Below are positions 35,797 to 49,298 of a stretch of 64,000 bases of DNA, piece after piece. Origin of the DNA: Sarea resinae (taxonomy: Eukaryota). The notes beneath the pieces are model-generated. The model saw only the letters and a program-made list of their open reading frames with translations, did not search any database and had not been told where the DNA came from. How positions within the stretch are numbered: position 1 is the first letter of the stretch; the number at the start of each line of letters is the position of its first letter. The DNA lies in assembly GCA_026026165.1 (NCBI GenBank), contig JAPEUD010000014.1, positions 62,001 to 126,000 of the forward strand. The letters are read 5' to 3'. The translations under genes and the position numbers were made by a program.

Positions 35797-37718
35797 TGGT
35801 GGTGGAAGGCATACAATCGGCGTTTCTGGCAGCATTTACCCTTTTTGACCGTTTGTCTACCTGATGTATATGTATCTATGGCCGAACGGGAGGAGAACCA
35901 GGCAACAACAGAACTACCGAAAAATGACATGGCCCGTGGCAGATGATGTTGTTTTCAGTCCCCTCTACGGGCGGTGCTCGTCAGCATGCCATGGGCGGTT
36001 TGCGGTGCGATCATTAGGTAATGTACGAGCATCTTGGGAGGACGTGCTTCAATTTGTACTACGCAGTATGTAGGCTGACAGCTGCAAGACGGCTGCACGA
36101 TACATCCAATGCAGGTACCCATGTCTCGTGTATTGCGGTACTACTGCAATGCTCGACGGTACGCAGTACGGGAGAAGGCGACGGCAGGAGATCCAACATC
36201 AGTACCTACTTTGGGAGTAGGGTCAAGGTGCATCCGCAGTGGTCGTGCTAGAGACTTCGCGGCAAGAATCGTCAGGGACAGGTCCGAGGCAAGAAGCTTG
36301 AAGAGGGTCAGGTCCGGCCTTGATGGCGAGGGGCCGAGGCGACCCAAGGGGACTACTACGTACTAAGCAAGGGAACTAAGGCAAGAGACATCTGCAGGAA
36401 CGTTCACATCTCATCTCCCGTCGCAGTGCTAGACCTCGCGGGGCATGAGTCGACGTGGAAGCGAGCGACTCTACTATGTACCTCAGGTACCAAGTGCGAG
36501 GAGGGTTAGGTGCCTTACGGAGTACTGAGTGCCAGTCTTGAACGTGGATGACCACGCGACGGGCGGTATCGTGGAGTACTACTAGAGTACTTGACTGTTG
36601 ACTGTTGACTGTTGACTGCCCGTTGACTAGAGTAAACGTCCTTCTCCTACCTCCCGGTCCCGTTCCCTCTTCCTCTTCCACTTCCACTACGCCGTCCTTG
36701 CGCTACGACTACCACTGCTACTATGTACTGCTACGAAGATAGATCCCCCCCGTCCTCTCCCTGCCTCCACTCCTCGATGCTGAATGGGTTCCTTCTGTCC
36801 CTCGTTCCCTCTTTCCACCCCTGTACGCGGACGACTTGGCCCGGCCCGTCTGTCGTCTCCAACGCCCTTTCCTGCCCAGGTTGATTTACTACGTAGTCCC
36901 GTCGCGGGGCGGATGTGCGCCTCTGATTGGCCGATGGCTCTCTTTACCCTCCTGCGATGGCGCGTCGAACGACACGGGTGCTCTTTCGGGGAGCAAAGCA
37001 ACAAACTACTCACAGTAGCTGATTGACTGCTGCTGCCCTGCCACCTCTGCCCTTCCCCGTCCGCCCATCTCATTATGATCGCTTGATGTAACTTGGTACT
37101 TCGTACTAGCCCTCTGTATGCCTACCTGACGCTACCGAGTACTTACTCCTCGTCCTTCTTCCGCCCTCGTGCGAGAGTACCCATGGTCCCTAAGGTACCT
37201 ACTTTACCATGCATCGTACCTGACTCTCCTCGATCGCTTGCTTCCCTCTTTGGCTGCTTGCTCCTTCGTACTCACCCACCCTCCTTCCTCTCTCCCCTTC
37301 TCTCTTTCCCTCTCTCTCTCTCTCCCTCTCTCCCTCTCTCCCCACCACTCCTTCGGCCAGTCACTCGTTTACTTTATCTTTTTCAAGGCCTTTGGAGGTC
37401 AATTGATCTTTCTCAGAGCGTAGCAGACCACTTGGTCATCATACGCCTTTCTTGATCCCCTTCGTCACTCTTTCGACGGGATCCGATTGGAGAGAAGTCG
37501 CGCGTTGACATCCGCGAGAGAGTGGATCGGCAAGCGACATCTTAATGGGTGGTACCGGAACACTAGAAGAAGCACCAAGCCGCGTCGATCAGCATGCAAA
37601 CGAGAGATTGATTCTTTCAGAGGTGGAACGATCGGATTCCTCGCCTTCGAGAGAGATGCAGCATTTGTCGTTGGATGAGCCTCCGCCGACGTGTTGCTCG
37701 AAGAGGAGGACCGGGTCG

Positions 37719-39589
37719 ATGATGAAGGGCATCTTCGTCTTGTCGCTGTTTGCTGCAGCAGTGCCTGTCACCATGGCACAGAGCTGCGTCTCCCTGACCG
37801 GATCGACCGTCTGTCCAGCTTTCAATGCGTCCTCGATCTCGACTGATTCAAGTCTGACGGCCAATTTGTACGCATCGAACCATCGTTCCTCTATCTTCGC
37901 TCCAAGCTGACGTGATTGATGAAGCCCATTCTTGTCTTATGTCTCGGACACCAAGTCGTTCGACGACCGGCTGACTCAATACATCGCAACGTCCTACACG
38001 CAGCAGAAGTAAGACCATGCGAATGATTTGATTCGATCGAAATTTTGACCAATTCGTAGGTATCAACAGCTTCTGGGATGCTCCAGCCTCAATCTCACCG
38101 ACGCCAACAACCTGTACGCCAGATACACCGCCAGCGTCATCTGCAATGCCATCGTCCAGAATTCCAAGACTCCCTGCTCTCTTTCCAATGCCGATTCGGA
38201 GCCTCTATGCGCCGACTCCTGTGTAGGTTCTTTCTCATCGATGAGTGAGCAGTCTCACTAACGTTCAATTAGGCTCAACAAGCAACCAGTGAAGAACTCA
38301 TCATTGCGAGCCCCGAGATCTGTGGTAGTGCGGGATCGGATGCGATGAAGCAGATTCGAGCTGATTTTACCAATTGTGCGCTTCCAGCCGATTCGCTGAC
38401 AGGCAATTGCATCTCCGGTGCTGACAACGAACCGGACAATTGTGGTTATGCTAATAACTTGAGCGGTCTCTGTTCGTACTGTGGAGCGAGCTCTCCAAAT
38501 GCTACGGACTCTTGCTGCACAAACTCGGATGTGAATAGCCGCTGCAAAGGCGTTCATCTCCCGGTCACTACGTCAATGCCTCCATTGTTTACATCGACGG
38601 TCACGAGCATCGCTACGGGTACGCAATCCCCTACTGCTGCCTCTGCGGCTGGGCATTCCTCGGGACATGGCCTCTCTGGTGGTGCAATAGCGGGTATCGT
38701 TATCGGATCGGTGGTTGGCGCGGCGCTGTTGCTCGGTTTGATCATCTTCTGCTGTTTGCGTAGGAAGAAGCAAGGGAGTCAGCAGGGAAGCATTTTCAAC
38801 CAACCTTCCCCGCCGCGAAGAGGAACCCAAAGCATGGTTTTCAATCCCGCGAGCCAAAATGGGCCTCCTCAGCAAGGTTATGAAGTCTTGCCCGGCGGTC
38901 GTATTGCTCGGATGTCTGCTCTAGAAGAACCAAGGCATGCTTCGGATCCGAATATAGAGGCTGCAGCTCTCGGCCGTGGTCGACGCCAATATGATAATTC
39001 TTCATCCAGTGGATATGGGGATAGCCCGGAATCTCAATCTCGCTATGCCAGAGGACCTCCGACGGCCGGCAAACGTAATGGTTCTTTGTCTAGCGGATCG
39101 GTGCTGGCGAGCGGTGAGGACTTCAGTTCGCCCCGATCAGGCAGCAATGGACAATTCTCTTCGCCCGATGGGGTCACCAGTGGCCAATCCGAACAATTGC
39201 CCTTCTTCAAAGATTACTATTCGCAAGACGAGATCCATCCGAACGACAAGGTAGCAACACTCTGGGCTTACCAGCCCCGTGCAGGCGACGAATTCGAGTT
39301 GGAGAGGGGAGATATGCTAAAGGTGGTTGGCATCTGGGATGATGGCTGGGCCACTGGTGTACGGATCAACGAAAGAGCAGAAGATTGGGAGACGAATCGC
39401 CGACCACAACGAGATAGCGGGGTATCGAACGGATCAGGAGGGCGTGGATCGTCTCCGGTACCGACTGGGGAGATTAAGGCCTTCCCGCTTGTCTGTGTCT
39501 GCCTCCCTGAACACTGGAGGAAGACGATCGAAGGAGACGGATCATCCCCGGAAAGCGGCTCGCCAGGCGGGTCCCCACGCGATCAATAG
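37719..39589 (+). CDS. Type I membrane protein: signal peptide, Cys-rich ectodomain, TM helix, C-terminal SH3 domain
   Basis: MMKGIFVLSLFAAAVPVTMAQSCVSL...; many Cys; LSGGAIAGIVIGSVVGAALLLGLIIFCC followed by RRKK; SH3 ATLWAYQPRAGDEFELERGD...WDDGWATG...AFPLVCV. Three introns. An upstream in-frame ATG lies at 37545. Confidence 0.85.
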
Positions 39590-40926
39590 AGTTGATCCAG
39601 AATTGGTCATCCATGCCGTCACGATACTATCTGTGTAGTCTGCAGCGGGTGTTTCCCGGCGTTTACGGTTCTCTCGTCTATGCGTTGCCAGAAAGACACC
39701 AACGATCATCATCCATCATATCAGCCTCTCTACGGCCCCACTCTCAGCCTCGCAACATTGTCTACGGCCATGCTACTATTGACCTAGCGGCACCATCCAT
39801 CTAACACATCCACTCAAAACTCGTCTATGCGAGCAGTCGACTTATATACACGAACTACACAGCTTTTATATTTTACCTTTGTTGATATTTTTTTTTGCTT
39901 AGACTTGGCCCCGAAATGCTCCAGGCGCTCTTTAAACACGGGCGCACCCTGGCATGGAGGGGGTCTCGATATCGACGATGCACTTCATTTCTTTGCAGCT
40001 GATCTCCCAGCGAAGAGCCGAAGCGACTATTGTGGCGTCGCATCGCCGCATATCATGGATGTTCAACGTACAGCACGACACGGCACCGAATCTTCTTTTC
40101 GGTTCTTCCATGTCTTTTTTTCGCTTCTGATACCTAGTTCCTATACCCGGGCCCGCAGCCCCTTGTTTTATTTTCTCCTTTCCTTGTAGAAAGACGGAAG
40201 CAGCGTTGGGGTAGTTGTGAGTGAGCTCGAGCTCGTGAGCGAGCCTCTCTGATAATCAGGTCAAAGGAGAGGATTCTAAGATGGCATCCGGTGAACAAGA
40301 GCGGTCTCACTACTGGACTTTGTGTGTCTGTACATGTCGGGAAAAGACGACGGTGCAGCAGGGATAGTAATTAGCGTTAGTGGAAGAGTGGTCGTGAGGC
40401 AATAGATATGATTTGCGGGAAACGATCGAATGAGTGAATGTGTGCTCTTTGTTTGTGAGTCGATGGAGTGTCAATAGAGTACGTAGTAGTAGAATAGGAG
40501 GTACACAATACAAGGTACTTTGTATCCTGACATGGCACCATCCAGGGTCTCGTTTCGGCCGAGGCTCGCGACGAGGAACAACAATGAAACGGAGCTGTGA
40601 GTCGGTGACTGACTGAGCACTGCGACAGAAGCAGAAAGGGCAGGATGCATTTCATTCTATAGAACAAACAAGCCGCTTGCGGACGACTCGACTGCGCTCA
40701 TCTTATTGTCTTGGCTAGACTCGACTTGACGCGACTTTCGCCAGCCTCTTCCTCTTCAAATAGCCCTCCACCCTGACCATCTTTGATCACCTTCCACTCA
40801 CCTCCCATTCGCTCACCAGCCACCCAATTTGTGGTCATCACCCATTTATCAGCTTCGATTTTTTGACATCCTCGACAAGCCTTGTACCATCCACGAATCT
40901 TCAGCGACGCACCGTTCAACATCGCA

Positions 40927-42060
40927 ATGGCGTTTCTTTCACTCTTGAGGGAACAGCTCTCGTCTTACGTGTCGCCGCGGCGCACCGTCCAGGCCGATAC
41001 TGCCGGTCTGAACTCCGGTACGACCGCTACCACATCTCAAAAGCAAGCTCTGGGCCGCCGACTGGATCGTCGCTCCATGAGCCCTGCTACCCGTACGAAA
41101 CAATGGCTCGCGCATCCTCACAACGGCTCTGCTGCCAAAGGCACCCCGGCCGTCTTGAAAGTCAAGGGAGGCAGAATCACGAAGCAGGGGTCACCTCCGA
41201 CGCCCACTGCGATGAAGCATACTTCTTACCTGGAAGCGATCCGGAAAGCTGTAGTGGGGATGACACGGAGATCATCGGGCAACGAGCTTGAAAGGGATGA
41301 TGAGGATTTGGAAGGGAGCACGTTTGTTGGCGAAGACGACGGAGGTGATCTAGAGAGCAACAGCGAATGGGATGCCAACAACGATGATACCATGGTCGTG
41401 GGTGAGGAGGCTCTGTCATACGAGGACGAAGCCGCCGATGAAGAAGCGGAAGAAGAAGACAACGACGAAGAAAGGAGCCTGATCAACATCCCGCAACATA
41501 TCCTCGACCTCGAAGACGAGCGCCAAAAGCGTCAAGACGTTCTGCGCCAGATCCAAGAAGGCACGTGGTCGGAAGAAGAGATCTCGCTGTATCAAGCCCT
41601 CTCCATGCGCGGTTTCGAGCCCTTGCTGCCGAAGACCTGGACCATCGATTTCAAGACGATCCCGTTGAGTTTGTTTACGGAAGACGACGAACAAGCTCTC
41701 ATCCACAGTCTGAGCGGCAAAGACTTTCGCGCCACCAAGGCCCTAACTGCGCTTCTGTCGCTCGGACCGAGGGTCAGGGACAGGATCGCTACGACGAAGC
41801 TGGCGCCCGAGGACCTGATCAAGAAGGAGATCAATGCGTACATCAAATGGTCTCTCCAGGACGCCGGTCTCCCCAGCAACGGTAATTCTCCATTTCCGCC
41901 GATCATCGCAGTTGCGACATCGCGCCCGGACGAGCCCAGCACGGCGGTCGAAGCACACATCACGGCGCGCATGCAACATGTGCTGCAAAAGTACCGCGAG
42001 AAGTGGCGCGTGAGACGGACGGTCGAAGCCGAGGCCGCCACCAAGCCGTCGTCGGCAGCA

Positions 42061-42106
<46 letters not shown>

Positions 42107-42618
42107 CAGAAAGCCAGCTCGAACTCAACCCGTCCGATTCGGTCTCAGCCTGCGAAAGCGGCGTGCCGAACCCAGGCCCGGACGGCTCGCAGGAGGAGTA
42201 CCTGCACCCGCTCCCGACGGTGTTTGGCATGATCATCAGCCACACGATCATCGCGTTCGTCGCGCTCGGGCCGACGGCGATGCTGGATGCCGAGGCCGCG
42301 GGCGAGGCGGTCAAGGTCCGGCCGCTTGCGCTGTTCGATCTCGGCGATCGCGACCATGATGTCTGGAACGGGTTCGCAGTGGCGATCCTGGTCGTCCTGG
42401 CGAGGAATTGGCTCAGTGGTGCTCGGGATGCTTTGATTGCCATGGAGGTGGACGGCGTGGGGGAGAGGGGTCAGGAGGGCAAGGGTGAGAAGCGCGCGAG
42501 TGAGAGTGGAATAGGAGGGAGGGAGGGGGAAAGCGGGGTCAAGCGTCAGAAGATGCGACAGGACACGATACGGGTGCAGCACGGATGCGATGATGACGAC
42601 GATGATGAGGATATATGA
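40927..42618 (+). CDS. Uncharacterised protein (disordered acidic N-half, compact C-terminal domain, poly-Ala insert)
   Basis: Single ORF of ~563 codons with strong codon bias. Motif-like LSMRGFEPLLPKTWTIDFKTIPLSLF and DVWNGFAVAILVVLARN. Confidence 0.8.
42055..42105 (+). repeat. (GCA)n coding microsatellite encoding poly-Ala
   Basis: About 17 GCA/ACA codons in a row. Confidence 0.9.
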
Positions 42619-42619
42619 A

Positions 42620-43660
42620 TTTTCCTTTCCCTGTCGTCACTCTCACTCTTCTCTAATCCCCGCTTTTTTCCGCTTTCTTTCATTCTTTTCAATACCCAAG
42701 GGTTCCTTTCTCTTTCATTCTCTTCTCCTTCGCTTTCCCGATGTGTTGGATTGGTATTGGTGTTGGATAGGTGTTGGACATGCCGGCTGGGAGATTGTTT
42801 ATGGACACGGACACAGACACAGACACAGACACAGACTCAGACACGGATAGGAATACACTTCGGCCATGGCCATGGCCATGGGCATAAGATATGATAGGAT
42901 ATGATAAGATGGGACAGTATAGGATAGTACAGGACACGATGGAATCGGATGGTGTTTGGATGGACCTAGGTAGATAGGGGGAAAAAATGAATCCTCTATC
43001 CCGTTACTATCTCTCCCTCTCCCTCTCACTCACTCGCTGCTCTCGTATCTTTCCGCCCCCAGATGATTCCTTGTAATGAAGGATCTGTTTCTGGAAAGGT
43101 CTGGGACTAGCCCTTCTTCTTCTCTGTCACCTCGTGTCACTTGAAAGGAAATCGGTCGTTTCAAGCATGCATGACCCGCCGACTCGAAACCGGCACTGCA
43201 AACGGAACCCGTCATCACTTATACCGTCGTCACTTGTACCGTCGAGTCGTCACCGCAAACCCGTCATCACTGTGTTAGGATAGGATAGTTAGGAGGATAG
43301 GATGAGTTTGGATAGGGTAGGATAGGAGAGGAGAGGATAGGTCGGTAGGTCAGGGCGGTTGAAAAAGGGGGGTTGGGGTTCAGAAACACTAGGTCCTGAT
43401 CGATCTAGTACGTAGTAGTACGTAGTAGTAGTCTTCGAGGATATTGGAATTAGTCCTCGATTGGAATTGAACTCAGCGCAAGAGAGTAGATGACTTATTT
43501 GTTTATTTGGTTAGTTGGCTGGTTGGTTGTTATTGTACTTGATGTCTGTTCATGTTCGTTTCTATCAATCTCTTTGTTTCTTCTCCATTTGACATTACGA
43601 CCCACTATCGCCCTTCCCCCTTTTCGCCATCCCCCCCTTCTCCTACCCCAAAAACACCAA
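42620..43660. repeat. Microsatellite-rich convergent spacer ((GACACA)n, (GGCCAT)n, (GGATA)n, short CCGTC(A/G)TCACT repeats)
   Basis: Direct reading at 42804-42846, 42861-42884, 43206-43271 and 43277-43340. Confidence 0.85.
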
Positions 43661-43667
43661 AAAGAAT

Positions 43668-45530
43668 TCAAGCAAAGTACTCCTTAATCCCATGCATCTG
43701 CTTGTAGCGCAGGAACCAGCACGCCGGCCCGAAGAGCACGATGTTGACCGCGCACCAGGCGAATAGGATGCCAAAGTTCAGGCCGAGGCGCGAGTGGAGG
43801 CCGAAGAGGAGCTGGCGCGATGCTTCGACGACTGGGGACGGGTTAGTGGTGTTTATTATTTATGTTTCTTATCTGTGGTTAGGGGGGTGGGGAGGGAGGG
43901 GGAGTGGATAAGGGGGGAGAGGAAGAGGGAGATGTGAAAAGGGGAGAAGGAGAGGGAGAGGGAACCGAAGGAGAGAGAGACAGGGAGAGACGTACTCTGA
44001 TGCAGCGGCCACGCATACCCCCAGTAGTAAAACCGCGGCGCCAGATCAATGTCGTAGAAACTCGTCGACACGTTCGTTATCACCCAGAAGATCAGCCACA
44101 TGGCCGTCCACGGCTGTCCGACCACCATGACCATGTTCTCGCACGCCAGCCCCAGCGCCGTCATCCCCACAAAGTTCAGCATCCAGTACACCGGGAACGT
44201 GCCCTTGCCGTACGCGTCCGCGTTCATCGCCACCTCCGTGTGCGGCGCCGCCGCGTTCGAGAACGGGATCTGGAACGCCAGCGAGATCAGCGAGTAGGCC
44301 AGCGACACGAAAAAGTACGCCGTCAGCGTCGCGACCAGCCGCCAGATGACGAGCTGCTGGAATTTCAGGGGCCGCCCCGACGGCGGGCGCAGGAACTTCA
44401 TGTGGATCGGCATGTAAAAGGGCGCCGAGAAGAATGACAGGATGATGAGGTCTGGCGGTCACTTTGTGTCAGTCTTTTTCTCTGCCGAAAATAAAAATGG
44501 GGCTTACAGATTAGGCCGATCGACACGGACGGGATCGAGACAAACGGATAAAAGGGCCGAAGATTAAACATGGAGAATCCAATCGCCGGGCTGATGGCCT
44601 GTGGCACCTTCTGGAGGTTGGCCAGCACCGTCGGGTCCGAGGCGTTCTGGAGCACCATGCGCGTCCACGTCTCGCCGACGTTGGTGGTGGCTTGCGTCAT
44701 GAACGTGCTGAGCATCGGATAGATAAAGTCGTACCAGTTGGTGTCGTCGCGCGAGTCCATGTAGATGACCTGGCACGCGCCCAGGGGGTCGTACGACGTG
44801 TTTCCCGTGCGGATCGCGGATCGCAGCATGGCCGTCGCGTTGGCGTTGATGATGATGGCGGCCCAGGCCTTGAAATCGTAGACGGCACGACGCACGTTCA
44901 TCGGGTCGTTGTCGAAATGTGATGGAGGCAGTGAGCCCAGTCCCAGGTGGACGGGCGATGCCTGGACCGTCATCTCGGCGAGCTGAGTGATTGCTGGCCC
45001 CACAATCGCTGGCTCGCCCGTGTTGTTGTAAGGGGCGACTTGGCCATCGAAGTCGACCACGTAGACCACCAGGGACGATACGTTCTGTTCGATGTGGAAT
45101 AATGCTCCCCAGTCTGGAATGGTCAGAAAGGTGTCAAACAGCAAACGAAAGAAAAAGGAGTCACTGACATATGGACAGAACAGAGAGCACGAAGACGCAG
45201 AGAATCAGAGCTATAAGCCGTCAACAAGACCGGTCAAGATCTCTTCTTTCGGGTTCAGCACGCACTGGTCAAGCCCCACTTCAGAAAGATCTCTTTCCTC
45301 AAAACATCCAAACTCGGATCCCAGAAACCCACCGGCTGCGGTCTCTGCTCCTCTCCGCTTTCTCCACCGTCGTCGAATTTGGCCTCTTCTTTGGGCAGTT
45401 CCCGTGCATCTTCGGGCCCGAGACCCGTTTCGGGTATGTTGTCGGACGAGCTATCGAGTTCCGTCTTGGAGCCACTGGCGTTGCGCCTCGTCGCCGAGGG
45501 CGACTCTTTGTCGTGCAGGGCGGTCGACAT
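43668..45530 (-). CDS. SNG1-like (DUF3533) multi-pass membrane protein
   Basis: ILSIYWGALF, VYVVDFDG, AWAAIIINANAT, FPVYWMLNFVGMTALGLACENM, WLIFWVITNVST and FYYWGYAWPLH. Four introns. Confidence 0.88.
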
Positions 45531-45983
45531 CTTTGAAAGCCTCGAGGGCACGGTCGGTCTCAGGGTCGGTATCGATCGACAGTCAATTAGGATATTATGG
45601 CGGGCTTCCAAATGGAACGCCGGCTTGGTATAGAAGAAGCAAGTTCTGGACCGGACTGGACTGGCCTGGCGTCGAATGAGGCTGCTGGAATTATTATTTA
45701 GAATTGGGGGATTCACTCCGACAGATGGCGATGGAGAGGCGAAAGGGTATCAAATATAAGCAAAAGATCATCACGGCATGAAAAGCTCGAAGCACTCGTC
45801 AGTGTTATGAGAGAGAAAGTGAATGAAGAATACATTGGTCGAAGGTGGTGGCATTAGTATTAGTATTAGTATTAGTATGATATCCATCGGAGCTTCGCCT
45901 CTCCATTGTCCGTTACAGCACGACAAACGATGATTACCTTAGTTGCGCGCGGCTGATGGTCTTCGTGATGTCAGTCCTCGCTT

Positions 45984-46020
45984 CGATTCCTCGATTCCTC
46001 GATTCCTCGATTCCTCGATT
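45984..46020. repeat. (TCGATTCC)n 8-mer tandem repeat
   Basis: About 4.5 perfect copies upstream of the SNG1-like gene. Confidence 0.85.
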
Positions 46021-46856
46021 ACCCGACGATCGCCCACGACCAGGAACAGCAGGGACCGAAGAAGCAAAAGGACTTGGCCCAGATCTGTCATCGGCAGCGC
46101 AGCAGCGCAACAGCGCAATGGGATCCATTGCATCTAGAATCTGACGGCGTCCATGATTCGGTTCGGGCGAGCTGCGTGGACAAAGGACTGCGACTGCGAA
46201 CTGCGAACTGCGAACGGCGCAGTACTATGAGTACTCGGCTTTAATGCCCTGGGACACGTCGCTAGATCCGACAAGAGGGTTTGGGAATCGCTCATGCATG
46301 TATGATGGGCGAGGCACTTTGTCATCCGTACTCCTACCCAGTCAATCATACCGATTGACCACGCAGTCCGGTACCGATACCCAGGACGCGGTAGTGGACC
46401 CCCAGGGATTCTACTTCGGTGCTCGGAGGACACTACTCGGAGTAGAGTCCATCTCCGGAGTAGAGCTGGGCCTAGGTACTACATACTACGGACCAGGCAC
46501 TGGGCGTCGGCATTCGTGCTTCGGGTCGCCGATGCATCAGATCACATCCACTCCCCGTAGGCCGTAGGGCTGACTGAAAGTGGCACTCTGTTTATCACGC
46601 TACCGGATTTCCAATCTGCATGTCACGATCAAGTAGACTTCCAGGTTGGCAGGAAGCTGGCACTCTTTCTTCGCTCTATTCGGTGTCTTCTCTCACCTAC
46701 CGAGTCAGCATCCAGCCGCATGAGCGGACCACGCTCGCTGCAACACAGTCGGGAGAGTAAGGGAACGCTGCCATTAAGAAAATCGTGACCCTTTCTCATC
46801 GTCGTCATCGTCGCCTCGCCCAATCGCTCATTTTCGAGTATCCTAACAGAGGGGTC

Positions 46857-48817
46857 TTAATAGCTTCCTGTACAGATCATTAGCAGCTGATCCATAAACA
46901 CCCGGGGCACCAGAACTTACGGCCAAAGAGACACCAGGCTTCGGCCTTGTTGGTGCAGTTCGGATTCGTGCACGCCGTCTCTCCCTTGACGATGCCAGCC
47001 GGCTGCTCAAAGGGAATGCACAGACTCTTCGCGCCCATGGACGGGGCCCGCACATCCTCGGGAACACCATCCTCCTCGTCTTTTCGTGCGCTGAGGTCTT
47101 TGACCTCGTCCTCGCACTTCTCCGTCAGGCAGTGCGGAATCAAACAGACGTTCTTGTCGTTCAAAGCCGGCACGAAGTCGTCCCACTGCGTGATCTGCTT
47201 AATGTGAGAGTGGAAGGCATCGTGGGCCTTCTTGTAGAGGTCGGCTTGGATGGTCTCGAGGAGAGCGGGAACCTCCTTGGCAAGCTCGGTGATGGCAATC
47301 TGGCCTTTCTCGCCCGTATCACGACGAGCGGTCGTGACGAAGTGGCCGGCAGACTCGCCCGGTCCGAACTCGAGCCGCAGCGGCACCCCCTTGAGTTCCC
47401 AGTCGTTGAACTTGTAACCAGGCGTGTATCCATCACGCTTATCCGTCTCGACTCGGACGTCGACGGCCTCCAGTACGGCTGCTAGACCATCGAGTTCCCG
47501 GTAAAGCTTGTCCTTGTCTTCTTCGCTCGTCTTCTTGTTGATCCCCACGGGGACAATAGCAACTTGCGTCTCGCAGACTCTGGGTGGAAGGACAAGCCCC
47601 TTGTTGTCGCTGTGGATCATTGCCATGACGCCAATGACACGGGTAGAGAGGCCCCATGAATTCTGCCAGACGAGCAGTGGCGGCTTCTTCTCGCCTTCCT
47701 TTGCCGATGGATCTTCGACGGTGATACCGAACATCTTACTGAAGTTCTGACCCAAGCAATGGCTGGTGGCTCCTTGGATACCTCGGCCAGTAGCTGGGAT
47801 ATAGCCCTCGACAGTTGTCGTGTACAGACCACCTGCAAACTTTTCCTTCTCCGTCTTCCTGCCTCGAATGATGGGGACGGCTAGAAGCTCCTCGTAGACA
47901 CCAGCGTAATACTCTAGAATCTTGAGAACCTCCTCTCCGGCGCCCTCCTCGGTAAGATGCGCAGTATGACCCTCTTGCCAGAGAAACTCACGTGTTCGAA
48001 GGAATGGCTGAGGGTGCTTGAATTCCCATCTGACCACTGAATTCCATTGGTTGAGCCGCAGAGGAAGGTCGCGATGGCTACGAATCCACTTCGCATAGTA
48101 CGGGTACATGACAGTCTCGGACGTGGGGCGGATAGCAATAGGTTCCTCTAACTCGCTCTTTCCTCTGCGGCAATTATTAGTTCATGTCTGGGAGCTCAAT
48201 TTCATCCAACTTACGCCCTTGTGACCCATGCGACTTCAGGCGCAAAACCCTCAATGTGGTCCTTTTCTCTCTCTAGAACCTTGGAAGACACGAACATAGG
48301 AAAGTAACAGTTCCTGACGCCCATCTTCTTAATCCGGTCATCGAACCATCGCTGGATTTTCTCCCAGATGAAGTATGAAGTGGGCTTGCGAAAGTCAGTA
48401 AACTCGTTACCATGACCAAAGAATACAAAGCCCCACCTTCAAGATGTAGCAGCCAGCAACGTCGTAATAATCCAGCATGTCTCCCTTGGTAAGGATTTGC
48501 TGGTACCAGCCGGGGAAATCTTCCTCTTTGGAAACGTCAATTCCGATCAGCGCGGCATTGTCAATCTTTTTCTTCGGAGCCTTGCTGGTTGGCTTCTTGG
48601 CCTCCGCTTTGGCAACGTCCTTTAATGGTTTGCTGTTGCCCTTTTCAGCCTTGGCCGCTTTCTCAGCCGCAAGTTTCTCCTGCTTGGCGGCCTTTTTCAA
48701 AGCGCTTTTGGAGGGTTTGTTCTCCTCGCCGGCCGCGGCAGCATCTGCGACATTCAGATCCTTGACGTCTTCGGTGATTGCCTGGGCCTCCAGGTTGGCG
48801 ATGTCTTCTGAAGCCAT
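46857..48817 (-). CDS. Cytosolic prolyl-tRNA synthetase (eukaryote/archaeal type)
   Basis: [70 protein letters not shown] and [11 protein letters not shown], ending LFGRSY*. Three introns. Confidence 0.96.
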
Positions 48818-49298
48818 GGTTCGTGCAGAATTTGAACAACTGTTTTGGACCAAGATTACTTTCCGCCTGTTGGAAGGCAACGGCCGCGACGGGAAGTGTG
48901 AGTCTTAGGTGATGAGTCTTTGAGCCTGCGATCCCTTGATGTGACTTTCTTTTCCAGGTTGGTGGGGGAGGGACAGCGGTACATGTGCGTGCATAGAGAA
49001 TCGTGCGTCGTACCAAGTACCGCTCTCGATTGGTGGGGCGGTGAGTCGTCGTGGACCGATGGATTAATGCCCGTTGCGGCTCAAAAGCAGTCGCGTCGCT
49101 AAGCAACACCAGAGTCGCGAATCTGCTGCAAGTACCGTTGTACATTGTAGCTTTCGTACATGGTAGATTGGAAATCTTCAGGGAAGCTACCTCATAATAA
49201 TACTCAGACACGATATCAAAGGGCCACTCTTCACTTTCAAACACCCTCCTCTCCGATCCCCTTGCACCCTTACTCTTCCTCCCAGCTGCCATCTCGCC

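Noticed and set aside
43206..43271. Direct repeats AACCCGTCATCACT with short spacers, superficially CRISPR-like
   Set aside because: Eukaryotic context, degenerate minisatellite units, no unique spacers and no cas genes.
48817..48880. Near-cognate upstream in-frame extension of ProRS as a mitochondrial presequence
   Set aside because: Short, with no ATG and weak amphipathic character. Fungi normally have a separate mitochondrial ProRS.
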